Of a stretch of 24,936 nt of DNA, positions 15,878 to 24,936 are shown in pieces. Under the pieces are notes generated by a model. That model was given only the letters and a program-made list of their open reading frames with translations, ran no database searches and was not told the origin of the DNA. The stretch is from Candidatus Colousia faecequi (GTDB lineage: Bacteria; Bacteroidota; Bacteroidia; Bacteroidales; Paludibacteraceae): positions 1-24,936 of the forward strand of contig JAGHTN010000087.1 in assembly GCA_018065285.1 (NCBI GenBank), in the 5' to 3' direction. Made by a program: the position numbers and the translations under genes. How positions within the stretch are numbered: position 1 is the first letter of the stretch; each line of letters opens with the position of its first letter.

Positions 15878-18343
15878 AAACCCTACCGAAACCTTGAAGT
15901 TAACCATAAAACCCGAAAGGTAATTCGGCACCGCATACTGCATATCGTTGACATCCGTCACCCAGTAATACGAGTTGACATTGCTGATGTTGAACAGGTT
16001 GAGGAACTCCAGCGTCAGCCAGAAGTTCTCGACCGGCTGGTTCTTGCTGAACCACTTCTCACGCCCTTTGATGAACCCTCTTGAAGCGCCGATATCAACC
16101 CTGTTGTAAGCTTTCGACCGATAAACAGCTTTGTACCTCTCTTCATGCGGAGCACCGAAAGGCAACCCGTCCGACCATACGAATTTCAGATACACCTTAT
16201 ACTCAGGATGGTTAGGCACATAATCCTGAAAAAACACCGAGATGTTGTACCTCTGCTCGTTAGGTCGTGAAATCCACTGTGGTTCCACCTCGCCAAGGTA
16301 TCTTCCCGTATTGCTGTAAGCGGAATAGTGGTCACCGATGATGTTTTCCCTGACTCTCATCCACGAAAATGAAATCCACGAGTCAGTCCCCGGCACAAAC
16401 TCTCCGAACAGTTTCAAATCCACTCCTGCCGCGTATGCCGTAGCGTCATTCAAACCCGAATATCTAATCTTCAAATTATCCACATAATAACTTATCACTC
16501 TGTCCGCCGGCTTGTAATATCCCTCAAGCGTCAGTTTGAACGGACGACCCCAAGCCCTGAAATTATAGTCAATCCCCACCACGGCATGCCATGTCCTCTG
16601 AGCCTTAATATCTTTATTCAGGACGACGATATTGTTGCCGTTTTCGTCAGACACCTCCTGCCTCAACTCTTTGTAAAACGGTGCCTGATAATACATTCCC
16701 CCCGAAAGTCTGAAATCAAAGTCTGCCTTCTCCCATTCAGGCGTGTAAGTTATCATTGCCCTTGGCGACACCAGAAACTCATTGTTCCACGACCACCAGT
16801 TACCCCTCACTCCAGCCATGAAATTCCACACACCGCTGTTTGCAAAGAGCTTGTACCTCTCCTGCACATACATCTGTATCCTGTGCGTCTTCAAATCCAC
16901 ATCCGAATACAAGTTATACACCACATTGACATTCCTTCCATCGTACGGCAATGAGTACCCTGACGAATCCCTGTTCTCCCACTCTGAAATCCTGTCCAAA
17001 ACCATCTCGTATTGGTAACTCAACCCCCAACTGAGCCTGTTATCATTTTTCTTCCAATCACCAGAATGTCCCACGTTTACGACCGTAGCACTAAGTCTGT
17101 TTCTCGCATGTTCGTGGAATGTGCCAATGCCGATATCCGTCACATCATCGTCCGACGTGCCACCCATCTGAATGTCCGCCAGTGAATACTCGCCTGTAAT
17201 ATCGTACGTCTCACGCTCGTCTGTGCTGAACGCACTGACATTCAATCCTAACTTCACGTCGCTCACAGGCTTATACGTAACCCCGAAAGCACCAAAATAT
17301 GTCCTAAATATGTCATATTCCGAGCCTGTAAAATCAACCGTAAACGAATGAGCATCAGATATTGTGCCGAACGATGTTGACCTCGTCTTTGGCACAAATT
17401 TGTAATGGTTCAACGAAATGTTGCCCAGAAAACTGAACTCAACTTTTTTCCCCGCCTGCCAAGTCATGTATGTTTGGTAATCACCATAGTAAGGAGCGTA
17501 TTCTCCTTTAGTGTCCATGGTTCCAAGCAGAGTCTGGACAGTCTTGAACCTCAATCCATGCAACTGCGTGAAATTCTTGCCTGATGCCCCTACGAAAACG
17601 GTTGCACCCTGTAAAGATGCCGATATATTAGCCTCGAACTTCTTAGGCTTTCTGTAAACCACATCAAGCACTGAAGCTGATTTGTCACCGTATGTGGCGT
17701 CAAAACCACCTGACGAGAAACTGACCGACTCAACCATATCCGGATTGATAATGCTCAGACCCTCCTGCTGACCGCTGCGTATCAGCAATGGTCTATACAC
17801 CTCAATACCATTTATATACACACTATTTTCGTCATAATTTCCACCTCTGACAGAGTATTGAGAACTCAGTTCGTTGGTCGAGTTAACACCCGGCATCATC
17901 GTCAGCATTCCCTCAATTCCTCCACTTGCGCTGCCTGGCATTACCCTGACGTTTGAAATGTCAAGCGTCTGCATGGCGGTATTCTGGCGCAAACGTGCTA
18001 TGACAAAAACGTCATTCAGCATAGTGGTATCAGGCTGCAATCTGACTTGCAGATTGTACGCACGTTCATCCCCTATCTTATACCGCCTGTAAGCGGTTTT
18101 GTATCCCACGTATGAGAATTTCAGATATATGCTGTCCGCCAACTCCATACCAACCTCATAATATCCCTTGTCATTTGTAATCGCACCGCCGGTCTCGCCA
18201 CTCGAAGTCTTGGTCTGTACTGTTGCCGACATAATGCCCTTCCCTTGTTCGTCAAGCACATACCCACGGACATAAACCTTCTCCGCTGACAACCCTGCCG
18301 CCAACGTAACAACACCCAACAATATTAGCAATAACCTTTTCAA
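15875..18343 (-). CDS. TonB-dependent receptor-like outer membrane protein with N-terminal CarboxypepD_reg-like domain (822 aa)
   Basis: Signal peptide, VRGYVLDEQG...FSYVGYK, plug motif NELSSQYSVRGGNYDENSVYINGIEVYRP, C-terminal Phe (VSVGF); TTG start overlaps the uvrD stop. Confidence 0.88.
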   Translation of the reverse strand: MKRLLLILLGVVTLAAGLSAEKVYVRGYVLDEQGKGIMSATVQTKTSSGETGGAITNDKGYYEVGMELADSIYLKFSYVGYKTAYRRYKIGDERAYNLQVRLQPDTTMLNDVFVIARLRQNTAMQTLDISNVRVMPGSASGGIEGMLTMMPGVNSTNELSSQYSVRGGNYDENSVYINGIEVYRPLLIRSGQQEGLSIINPDMVESVSFSSGGFDATYGDKSASVLDVVYRKPKKFEANISASLQGATVFVGASGKNFTQLHGLRFKTVQTLLGTMDTKGEYAPYYGDYQTYMTWQAGKKVEFSFLGNISLNHYKFVPKTRSTSFGTISDAHSFTVDFTGSEYDIFRTYFGAFGVTYKPVSDVKLGLNVSAFSTDERETYDITGEYSLADIQMGGTSDDDVTDIGIGTFHEHARNRLSATVVNVGHSGDWKKNDNRLSWGLSYQYEMVLDRISEWENRDSSGYSLPYDGRNVNVVYNLYSDVDLKTHRIQMYVQERYKLFANSGVWNFMAGVRGNWWSWNNEFLVSPRAMITYTPEWEKADFDFRLSGGMYYQAPFYKELRQEVSDENGNNIVVLNKDIKAQRTWHAVVGIDYNFRAWGRPFKLTLEGYYKPADRVISYYVDNLKIRYSGLNDATAYAAGVDLKLFGEFVPGTDSWISFSWMRVRENIIGDHYSAYSNTGRYLGEVEPQWISRPNEQRYNISVFFQDYVPNHPEYKVYLKFVWSDGLPFGAPHEERYKAVYRSKAYNRVDIGASRGFIKGREKWFSKNQPVENFWLTLEFLNLFNISNVNSYYWVTDVNDMQYAVPNYLSGFMVNFKVSVGF

Positions 18344-20553
18344 TCCAAATCCGATATATCCAGTCTGAGTCTCGCAAATTTAAGTATCAGCGTCTTGACC
18401 CCACTTGTTTCAAATTTCACGACTGCCCTTGCATTATCGCCCATTCCTTCCGTCGATACGACCACACCCTTGCCGAATTTGGTATGCACCACCTTCATGC
18501 CGGCAGTGACACTACCCAGAACTTCAGCATCCTGTTTCACAGGAAAAGCCTCCAATGGTTTCTGGAAACTCTTCCTTGCACGTTGCATTCCACGTGGCAA
18601 ATTGAGGTATTCAGCATCAATATCCTGAATGAAACGGCTTGGTTCCGAGAACATTCTCTGACCGTTAATAAACCTGCTCTGCGCAAACGAGATGAAACAC
18701 GACTCCTTCGCCCTTGTAATCGCCACATAGAGCAAACGTCTCTCCTCCTCTATCTCACTCGGTTTTAACGACATCATACTTGGCAACAAGTTCTCCTCCG
18801 CACCTGACACAAACACGACATTAAACTCCAGACCCTTAGCAGCATGCATAGTCATAAGTGTCACCGTATCAGTCCCCTCTGTCTTTGAATTATCCTGATC
18901 CGTAATCAACGAAATCTCGCTTAGAAAATCAGTGATTCCTATTTCCGTGTCTCCGTCATTCACCCTTTTGTCGCAAAATTCTAACACCGACCCTTCAAAT
19001 TCCTGTAGGTTCTCAAACCTTGAAATTCCTTCAGGTGTCGTGTCTAATGCCGCATCTGCCAACAATTTACTGCCATTCATCAGGCTCTTCACCACACTGT
19101 GTGCATCCGCATCCTCGGCCATATCCGAATGTAATTTTATCATCTGGCCAAACTCCATGATTTTCTTCTGAGCACCGGCATTTAGTTCAGAACTATACTT
19201 CCCTGGCTGACAAAGAATGTCCAGCATATCAACGTCCATGTTTTCCCCTTTGGCTCTCAGAATCTTTTCAAGGGTCGTCTGCCCTATTCCCCTTGCCGGC
19301 ACATTGATTATCCGTTTCAAAGCCTCCACATCCTCATGATTAACCACCAATCTGATGTACGCTGTAATATCCTTAATCTCTTTCCGTTGGTAGAAAGACA
19401 AGCCTCCGTAAATCTTATATGGTATCTTTTTCCTTCTGAAACAATCCTCAAGCACGCGGCTCTGCGCATTTGTCCTATACAACACAGCAATATCAGAATA
19501 TGACGAAAAATGTCCATCCACCTGCCGTTGCACCTCACGCGCAATCTCCTCAGCCTCCATCACGTCATCCATACATTGGCTGACTTTTATCGGACTTCCC
19601 ACGCTGTTTTCGCTGAACACTCTTTTCCTTATCTGGTTTCTGTTTTTCTCTATCAACGAATTTGCCGCATTGACGATAGTCTGTGTTGACCTGTAGTTCT
19701 GTTCCAGTTTGAACAGTTTACAATCTGGGAATATATTTCTGAACGACAAAATATTCTGTATCTCTGCCCCTCTGAACGAATAAATGCTCTGCGCATCATC
19801 ACCCACCACGCACACATTGCCGTATTTTCTTGCAAGCATTGTCACTATCCTATGCTGCACCGCATTCGTATCTTGATACTCGTCCACCAATATATATTGG
19901 AATCTCTCCTGATACCTCTCCAACACATCGGGATTCATGATGAACAATTTTGCGGTAAACATCAGCAGGTCATCGAAATCCATCGCATTGGCTTCTCTTA
20001 GTCTCTGCTGATAGAGTTGATAAACCATATACAACATTGGTCTGTTGTACCTGTCGTCCGATAATCTCGCCTCTTTGTTGTCCGCATAATCCCGCTCGTC
20101 CATCATACTGTTTTTTGCCGCCGAAATCCTGTTCTGCACGACACTCGGTTTGTATGCCTTCTCATCCAATGCAAGCTGCTTGATGATAGTCTTTATCAAG
20201 CTTTTGCTGTCACTGGTATCATAAACCGTAAATTGCGGGTTGAAACCAATCCTACTGGCTTCAATCCGCAATATCCTTAGAAAAATCGAATGGAACGTAC
20301 CCATCCAAAGCAACCTGCTCTGCTGAAGGCCAACTACTCCCTGAATTCTGCTTCGCATCTCCCTCGCCGCCTTGTTGGTGAAGGTCAGTGCGAGAATACT
20401 GCTGGCAGGTATCCCCTGCTCAATCAAGTAAGCAATCTTGTAAGTCAGCACTCTTGTCTTGCCCGAACCTGCACCGGCCACAATTACCGACGCACCGTCC
20501 GTATTCTCAACGGCAGCAAGCTGCGATGGGTTGAGCAATTCCGCATAATCCAT
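18340..20553 (-). CDS. uvrD: UvrD/PcrA superfamily 1 ATP-dependent DNA helicase
   Basis: AGAGSGKTRVL, TFTNKAAREM, LVDEYQDTN, VGDDAQSIYSFRGA, LEQNYRST, TMHAAKGLEF, EERRLLYVAITRA. Confidence 0.95.
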   Translation of the reverse strand: MDYAELLNPSQLAAVENTDGASVIVAGAGSGKTRVLTYKIAYLIEQGIPASSILALTFTNKAAREMRSRIQGVVGLQQSRLLWMGTFHSIFLRILRIEASRIGFNPQFTVYDTSDSKSLIKTIIKQLALDEKAYKPSVVQNRISAAKNSMMDERDYADNKEARLSDDRYNRPMLYMVYQLYQQRLREANAMDFDDLLMFTAKLFIMNPDVLERYQERFQYILVDEYQDTNAVQHRIVTMLARKYGNVCVVGDDAQSIYSFRGAEIQNILSFRNIFPDCKLFKLEQNYRSTQTIVNAANSLIEKNRNQIRKRVFSENSVGSPIKVSQCMDDVMEAEEIAREVQRQVDGHFSSYSDIAVLYRTNAQSRVLEDCFRRKKIPYKIYGGLSFYQRKEIKDITAYIRLVVNHEDVEALKRIINVPARGIGQTTLEKILRAKGENMDVDMLDILCQPGKYSSELNAGAQKKIMEFGQMIKLHSDMAEDADAHSVVKSLMNGSKLLADAALDTTPEGISRFENLQEFEGSVLEFCDKRVNDGDTEIGITDFLSEISLITDQDNSKTEGTDTVTLMTMHAAKGLEFNVVFVSGAEENLLPSMMSLKPSEIEEERRLLYVAITRAKESCFISFAQSRFINGQRMFSEPSRFIQDIDAEYLNLPRGMQRARKSFQKPLEAFPVKQDAEVLGSVTAGMKVVHTKFGKGVVVSTEGMGDNARAVVKFETSGVKTLILKFARLRLDISDLD

Positions 20554-21959
20554 CAGAACTCACAATTGTTTGGCGTTCTTGGGAAAGGAATGACATCCCT
20601 GATGTTCTGCATACCTGTCACGAAGAGCATCAAACGCTCAAAACCTAAGCCGAAACCGCTGTGAGGCACTGTGCCGAAACGTCTTGTGTCAAGATACCAC
20701 CAGATGTCTTTGTCAGGCACACCCATTTCCTTCGCTCTGCGGGCAAGTTTCTCATAGTCCTCCTCACGCTGTGAGCCTCCGATGATTTCGCCAATCTTAG
20801 GGAAAAGCACATCCATGGCTCTGACGGTCTTTCCGTCGTCGTTCTGCTTCATATAGAACGACTTTATCTCTTTAGGATAGTCAGTAAGGATGACAGGTCT
20901 TTTGAAATGCTCCTCGACAAGGTATCTCTCATGCTCTGACTGCAAATCCGTGCCCCAATCAACAGGGAACTCGAATTTATGACCGTTCTTCACTGCCTCT
21001 TTCAGTATCTCAACACCCTCAGTGTAAGTAAGTCTCTTGAAGTCGTTGTTCACTACGAAGTTCAGACGCTCAATAAGTTCTTTGTCGAACATATTGCAGA
21101 GGAACTGAATGTCGTCCGTGCATTTTTCCAATGCCCAACGCACGCAGTACTGAATGAAATCCTGCGCCAAAGCCATATTATCCTCAATCTCATAGAAAGC
21201 GATTTCAGGCTCAATCATCCAGAACTCTGCGAGATGGCGAGGAGTATTAGAGTTCTCAGCCCTGAATGTAGGACCGAAAGTATATATCTTACCCAACGAT
21301 GTAGCGGCAAGTTCACCCTCCAACTGTCCAGAAACAGTCAGCGACACTGACTTTCCGAAGAAGTCGTCCGAGTAGTCTATCTTTCCGTCGTCGTTCTTTT
21401 TCAGGTTATAAAGGTTCTTGGTCGTAACTTGGAACATCTGACCCGCACCTTCGCAGTCTGAGCCTGTAATCAATGGCGTGTGGAAATAGAAGTATCCATG
21501 CTCATGAAAATAGGTATGTATGGCAATCGCCATATTGTGACGTATTCTGAAAATTGCGCCGAAAGTGTTAGTCCTTGGACGCAAGTGAGCAATCTCACGC
21601 AGGTACTCCATCGTGTGGCCTTTTTTCTGCAATGGGTATTTCTCAGGGTCTGCGGTACCATAAACCAGTATTTCTTCTGCCTGAATCTCAACGCTCTGAC
21701 CTTTTCCCATTGATTCCACCAGTTTGCCGTTCACAGAAAGGCTGGCACCTGTGGTGATTGGTTTCAGATACTCTTCACCGAATTTCTCAATATCGACAAC
21801 AATCTGTACGTTATTGATGGTCGAACCATCATTCAAAGCGATGAAACTTACGTTTTTGTTTCCACGCCTTGTCCTTACCCAACCTTTGACATTGACCGTT
21901 TGTCCATAGTCTGTCCTTTTGAGTAAATCAACAATCTCCGTTCTTTTAATGTTTTCCAT
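20553..21959 (-). CDS. asnS: Asparagine--tRNA ligase (start moved to MENIKRTE)
   Basis: [62 protein letters not shown]. Confidence 0.96.
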   Translation of the reverse strand: MENIKRTEIVDLLKRTDYGQTVNVKGWVRTRRGNKNVSFIALNDGSTINNVQIVVDIEKFGEEYLKPITTGASLSVNGKLVESMGKGQSVEIQAEEILVYGTADPEKYPLQKKGHTMEYLREIAHLRPRTNTFGAIFRIRHNMAIAIHTYFHEHGYFYFHTPLITGSDCEGAGQMFQVTTKNLYNLKKNDDGKIDYSDDFFGKSVSLTVSGQLEGELAATSLGKIYTFGPTFRAENSNTPRHLAEFWMIEPEIAFYEIEDNMALAQDFIQYCVRWALEKCTDDIQFLCNMFDKELIERLNFVVNNDFKRLTYTEGVEILKEAVKNGHKFEFPVDWGTDLQSEHERYLVEEHFKRPVILTDYPKEIKSFYMKQNDDGKTVRAMDVLFPKIGEIIGGSQREEDYEKLARRAKEMGVPDKDIWWYLDTRRFGTVPHSGFGLGFERLMLFVTGMQNIRDVIPFPRTPNNCEF

Positions 21960-21971
21960 ATAATTCCAACC

Positions 21972-21997
21972 AAAAAGGCGGGCTATTAGCACCCGCC
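21972..21997 (-). terminator. Intrinsic terminator after the gldJ-like gene
   Basis: Minus strand ggcggg-tgctaatag-cccgcc followed by ttttt. Confidence 0.65.
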
Positions 21998-22022
21998 CTT
22001 ATATTATATAATGAATATTACA

Positions 22023-23654
22023 TTACTTGTGATATGTCTCACGCCCGTGCTCATTACCGCCAACGGTACTCATCACGCAACGGAAACCAATATCGTTGCT
22101 GCTACGTTTCTCCTCAAGAGCACGACGGCGAGAAGGATTCAGCCACAAAGCACGGTCGTTCCAGCCACCACCTTTATAGACACGTTGAGTCTTAGTAATC
22201 ATATTAGCCTTCTCCAATGGATTTGCGTCACGATAGACAAGGACAGAGTCCTGAAGTGCAGACTCTGCATCACCGTCCATATAGTCACGGTAGTCGCCAC
22301 CGGTCTTGGTGATACCACGTTCCGCAATCATAACTTTTCGCATAGAGTCACGTTCCACAGGGCTGAGATAAGCGAAGTGCTTGCTGAGCATATTCTCAGC
22401 ATAGACTGAATCAGACTCGAACTCGTTACCACGGTATGAGTTGACATCATCCTGAACATCGGTCACAGCACGGTAAACATCCTTAACCCATTCGTTAACG
22501 TTTCCAGCCATATTATACAGACCGTAAGCGTTAGGCAAAAAGAAATTGACAGGCACGGTCAAAGTGTTGTTAATCTGGATACCGATAGGGTCGCCGCGGC
22601 CTCTACGGCAGTTAGCGAGGAATTCGCCTCTGGTTTTTTTCTGGTCAAGCGAACGAAGTTGGTCACCTTTCCAAGGGTAAGTGTTCAACTCCTGATAGAT
22701 TCCATCAACAGTCTCGACACTATAAGCAGCATATTCCCATTCCATCTCAGTCGGAAGCCTAACGTAAGCGTCATACAAGGCACCGTCCAGAGCCACCTTC
22801 CACTCGTTAGGGTCAACCACGCCGTCGCCTGTTGCGTCGTAAGCCTCGTTAACCTCCCAGTCGAACTCGAGTTCAGGAACCTCGACTTCCTCATAGCCGT
22901 AACGGTTAGCCTCTTCCTGAGAGATTTCCTGTGCCTTGCTCAAGATGTCCTCGACCTCCTCGTAGAAAGCAGGGCTGTTGACGTATGCGACATAGTCACG
23001 GGCATGTTTGGTGGTGAAGGCATACATAAACGCTGAGTCTGGGTTATGTTCCCTAATCTGCACGTTAGCCATTTCCAAAGGTTTGAAAGGGATGATACCT
23101 CTCATAATAAGCTCGTTCTCGTTGATACGGTCAGTACGCCATTCGCAATATGCGGTGGCCTGCACCCAACTGACACCGACGACAGGATAAAAGCTGTAAG
23201 CGACGTGAGAATAATAGTTTTCGACGTAAGGTTCATTGTACGCCATTTCTCTACGCCAAACCGACTCGTCAGGCAAAGCGAGAACGATTCTTCTTGGGTC
23301 ATGTTTCCATACGACTGACATCCATTCGACGTATTCACGCCAGTTGAGGTTCGTCACCTCGAACTCATCCATATAGAAACCAGAAGCAGCAACTCTTTTC
23401 TTAGAGTTGTTCTCTGGCGACGAAAGCATCTCCGCATTCTGACCACGCACCGAAGTCGCTACGGGAATGTATATCATTCCGTCAGGACATTTGCCATGGT
23501 ACTCGGTGTTTACATTGAAGTAACCTTCGCCTGGCCGGTTGTATTTCCACCCTGTTTTTTCCGAAGTTGTGTACATAGAGTTCTTGTTACACCCTGTAAA
23601 AAACAGTCCAGATACGCAAACCAGCAGAACAAAAACTTTTGTGATTGATCTCAT
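22023..23654 (-). CDS. gldJ: GldJ-like gliding-motility lipoprotein (SUMF1/FGE-sulfatase fold, 543 aa)
   Basis: Lipobox LFFTGC; SEKTGWKYN, FYMDEFEVTN, ALPDESVW, YPVVGVSW..A...EWRTDRINE, RLPTEMEWEYAA, NAYGLYNMAGNVNEWV, YKGGGWND, IGFRC. The N-terminal TGW.YN fits GldJ better than GldK/PorK. Confidence 0.75.
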   Translation of the reverse strand: MRSITKVFVLLVCVSGLFFTGCNKNSMYTTSEKTGWKYNRPGEGYFNVNTEYHGKCPDGMIYIPVATSVRGQNAEMLSSPENNSKKRVAASGFYMDEFEVTNLNWREYVEWMSVVWKHDPRRIVLALPDESVWRREMAYNEPYVENYYSHVAYSFYPVVGVSWVQATAYCEWRTDRINENELIMRGIIPFKPLEMANVQIREHNPDSAFMYAFTTKHARDYVAYVNSPAFYEEVEDILSKAQEISQEEANRYGYEEVEVPELEFDWEVNEAYDATGDGVVDPNEWKVALDGALYDAYVRLPTEMEWEYAAYSVETVDGIYQELNTYPWKGDQLRSLDQKKTRGEFLANCRRGRGDPIGIQINNTLTVPVNFFLPNAYGLYNMAGNVNEWVKDVYRAVTDVQDDVNSYRGNEFESDSVYAENMLSKHFAYLSPVERDSMRKVMIAERGITKTGGDYRDYMDGDAESALQDSVLVYRDANPLEKANMITKTQRVYKGGGWNDRALWLNPSRRRALEEKRSSNDIGFRCVMSTVGGNEHGRETYHK

Positions 23655-23708
23655 ATTGCTTATTATTACGATATTAACTTAGTTGGCACTGCTTACAATA
23701 AAGCGCGA

Positions 23709-23716
23709 CAAAGTTA
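23709..23716 (-). promoter_or_regulatory. -7 element of the probable gldJ promoter
   Basis: TAACTTTG on the minus strand about 55 nt upstream of the ATG. Confidence 0.6.
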
Positions 23717-23798
23717 CAAAAAATAATTGACATAGAATCCATTTTCCTGTTTTTTTTTCATTATTGGCCAAAAATATTTCCATGTCGTTTTTTTTTAT

Positions 23799-23806
23799 TA
23801 TCTTTG
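23799..23806 (+). promoter_or_regulatory. -7 element of the probable folP promoter
   Basis: TATCTTTG; it overlaps the TTG used by the ORF track, which argues that the true start is the ATG at 23831. Confidence 0.6.
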
Positions 23807-23830
23807 CACCCTGAAAAACCTCTTTATTCT

Positions 23831-24691
23831 ATGAACGTAGCCACCTCGTTAAATATTGTGTTGAAGGGGCGTTCTTTTGACCTTGCCACACCTTTGATAA
23901 TGGCGATTGTCAATGCCACCGACGACTCATTTTATTCCATGTCACGCAATGCGGGGACAGACCAGTTGAAAATCCGCATTGACGAGGCAGTTGCCCAAGG
24001 TGCTGACATTCTTGACATTGGAGGATGTTCGACCCGACCAGGCTCCACTCCCGTCACTGAAGACGAGGAACTGGAGCGCATCTTCCGCGCCTTCAGTCTG
24101 ATACGGTCCATAGCAGGCGGCATTCCGACGTCCGTTGACACTTTCCGGGCCTCGGTGGCACGCTTTGCCGTCAATGATTTCGGTTGCGACATCATCAACG
24201 ACATCTCGGCATTCACCCTCGACGCTGAACTTTTGCCCACTGTCGTACAGCTTCAGCGACCATATATTTTGACACATTCCGGAGGGATTGCCCTTTCGGA
24301 CGACATTATTTCGCCAGATGATACTTCCGAGGATAAATTCCTCGCCTCCGTACTACAGTTTTTCGCAAGGAAAACCGACCAGCTTCGTTCCGCGGGGTTC
24401 GACAATGACATTATCATAGACCCAGGGTTCGGCTTTGCCAAGAATCTCCATCAGAACTACTCACTGCTCGGCAACCTCTCGCTTCTACGCTGTTTCCACG
24501 AGCCAATCCTTGCAGGGCTTTCGCGCAAGTCCATGATTTACCGTCCACTCGGGCTCACCCCGGAACAGGCGTTGAACGGCACGTCAGTGCTCAATATCCT
24601 TGCCCTCAACAACGGAGCCGACATCCTCCGTGTCCACGATGTCGCAGAAGCGGTACAAGTCAGGCAACTTTATGAATTAACCCATAGTTAG
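23831..24691 (+). CDS. folP: Dihydropteroate synthase (286 aa)
   Basis: MAIVNATDDSF, DILDIGGCSTRPG, SVDTFRA, INDIS, IDPGFGFAK, GLSRKS, ILRVHDV. Confidence 0.95.
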   Translation: MNVATSLNIVLKGRSFDLATPLIMAIVNATDDSFYSMSRNAGTDQLKIRIDEAVAQGADILDIGGCSTRPGSTPVTEDEELERIFRAFSLIRSIAGGIPTSVDTFRASVARFAVNDFGCDIINDISAFTLDAELLPTVVQLQRPYILTHSGGIALSDDIISPDDTSEDKFLASVLQFFARKTDQLRSAGFDNDIIIDPGFGFAKNLHQNYSLLGNLSLLRCFHEPILAGLSRKSMIYRPLGLTPEQALNGTSVLNILALNNGADILRVHDVAEAVQVRQLYELTHS

Positions 24692-24707
24692 GAAATATAG
24701 TTTATAT

Positions 24708-24787
24708 GGTGAGTTCTATAAATTCACCGTATAAAAATAACAAAAAACACTCAAAATGAATTTAGGTGAGTTCTATAAATTCACCGT
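24708..24787. repeat. Two exact copies of a 23-bp internally palindromic direct repeat separated by 34 bp
   Basis: ggtgagttctataaattcaccgt at 24708-24730 and 24765-24787. Confidence 0.92.
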
Positions 24788-24936
24788 TTAGAGAAAAAAC
24801 GCAGATAAGTGATAAATTAACTTTTTTGGTGTTTTTAGAAGTTTCTTTTGACATCTTGCTGATTGTCAGTCGGTCACATAGCCCGCTATGCTCCCTCCTT
24901 CCGCACAGCAATCTGCTCAAAACAAACTTCAAAAAC

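Noticed and set aside
22001-22028. dif-like 28-mer atattatataa-tgaata-ttacattactt
   Set aside because: The XerD arm matches only 7/11 in an AT-rich gap, so chance is likely.
24708-24850. Calling a bona fide CRISPR array
   Set aside because: Only two repeats, the candidate third copy at 24828 is unconvincing, and there are no cas genes in the window; kept as an unexplained repeat instead.

Overview
Chromosomal, mostly housekeeping region of a Bacteroidota (Bacteroidales-like) genome; the taxon is inferred from gene content, the bat cluster and TAnnTTTG promoter motifs. Most genes are on the minus strand. 73-13599 is the conserved Bacteroidales cluster ftsY-rimO-HU-HU/TM/LysM-moxR-DUF58-membrane protein-batA-(extra 138-aa gene)-batB-batC-batD-batE-PAP2-small DNA-binding protein, largely translationally coupled. 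A middle block has two plus-strand genes (M15/VanY-like D,D-carboxypeptidase, FlK-like thioesterase) tightly sandwiching tatAC. A second minus-strand run is gldJ-like lipoprotein, asnS, uvrD/pcrA and an orphan TonB-dependent receptor. folP is divergent at the right end, followed by an AT-rich tail with two exact copies of a 23-bp palindromic repeat. No transposase, integrase, cas gene, rRNA or intact tRNA was seen. I cannot support a wholly new system. The best leads are the extra secreted gene inside the bat operon, the HU plus HU-TM-LysM pair, the promoter-less tatA/thioesterase head-to-head junction, a base-skew/codon-style transition near 8.5-9.8 kb, and the terminal 23-bp repeats. All family calls come from motif recognition in the translations, not database searches.
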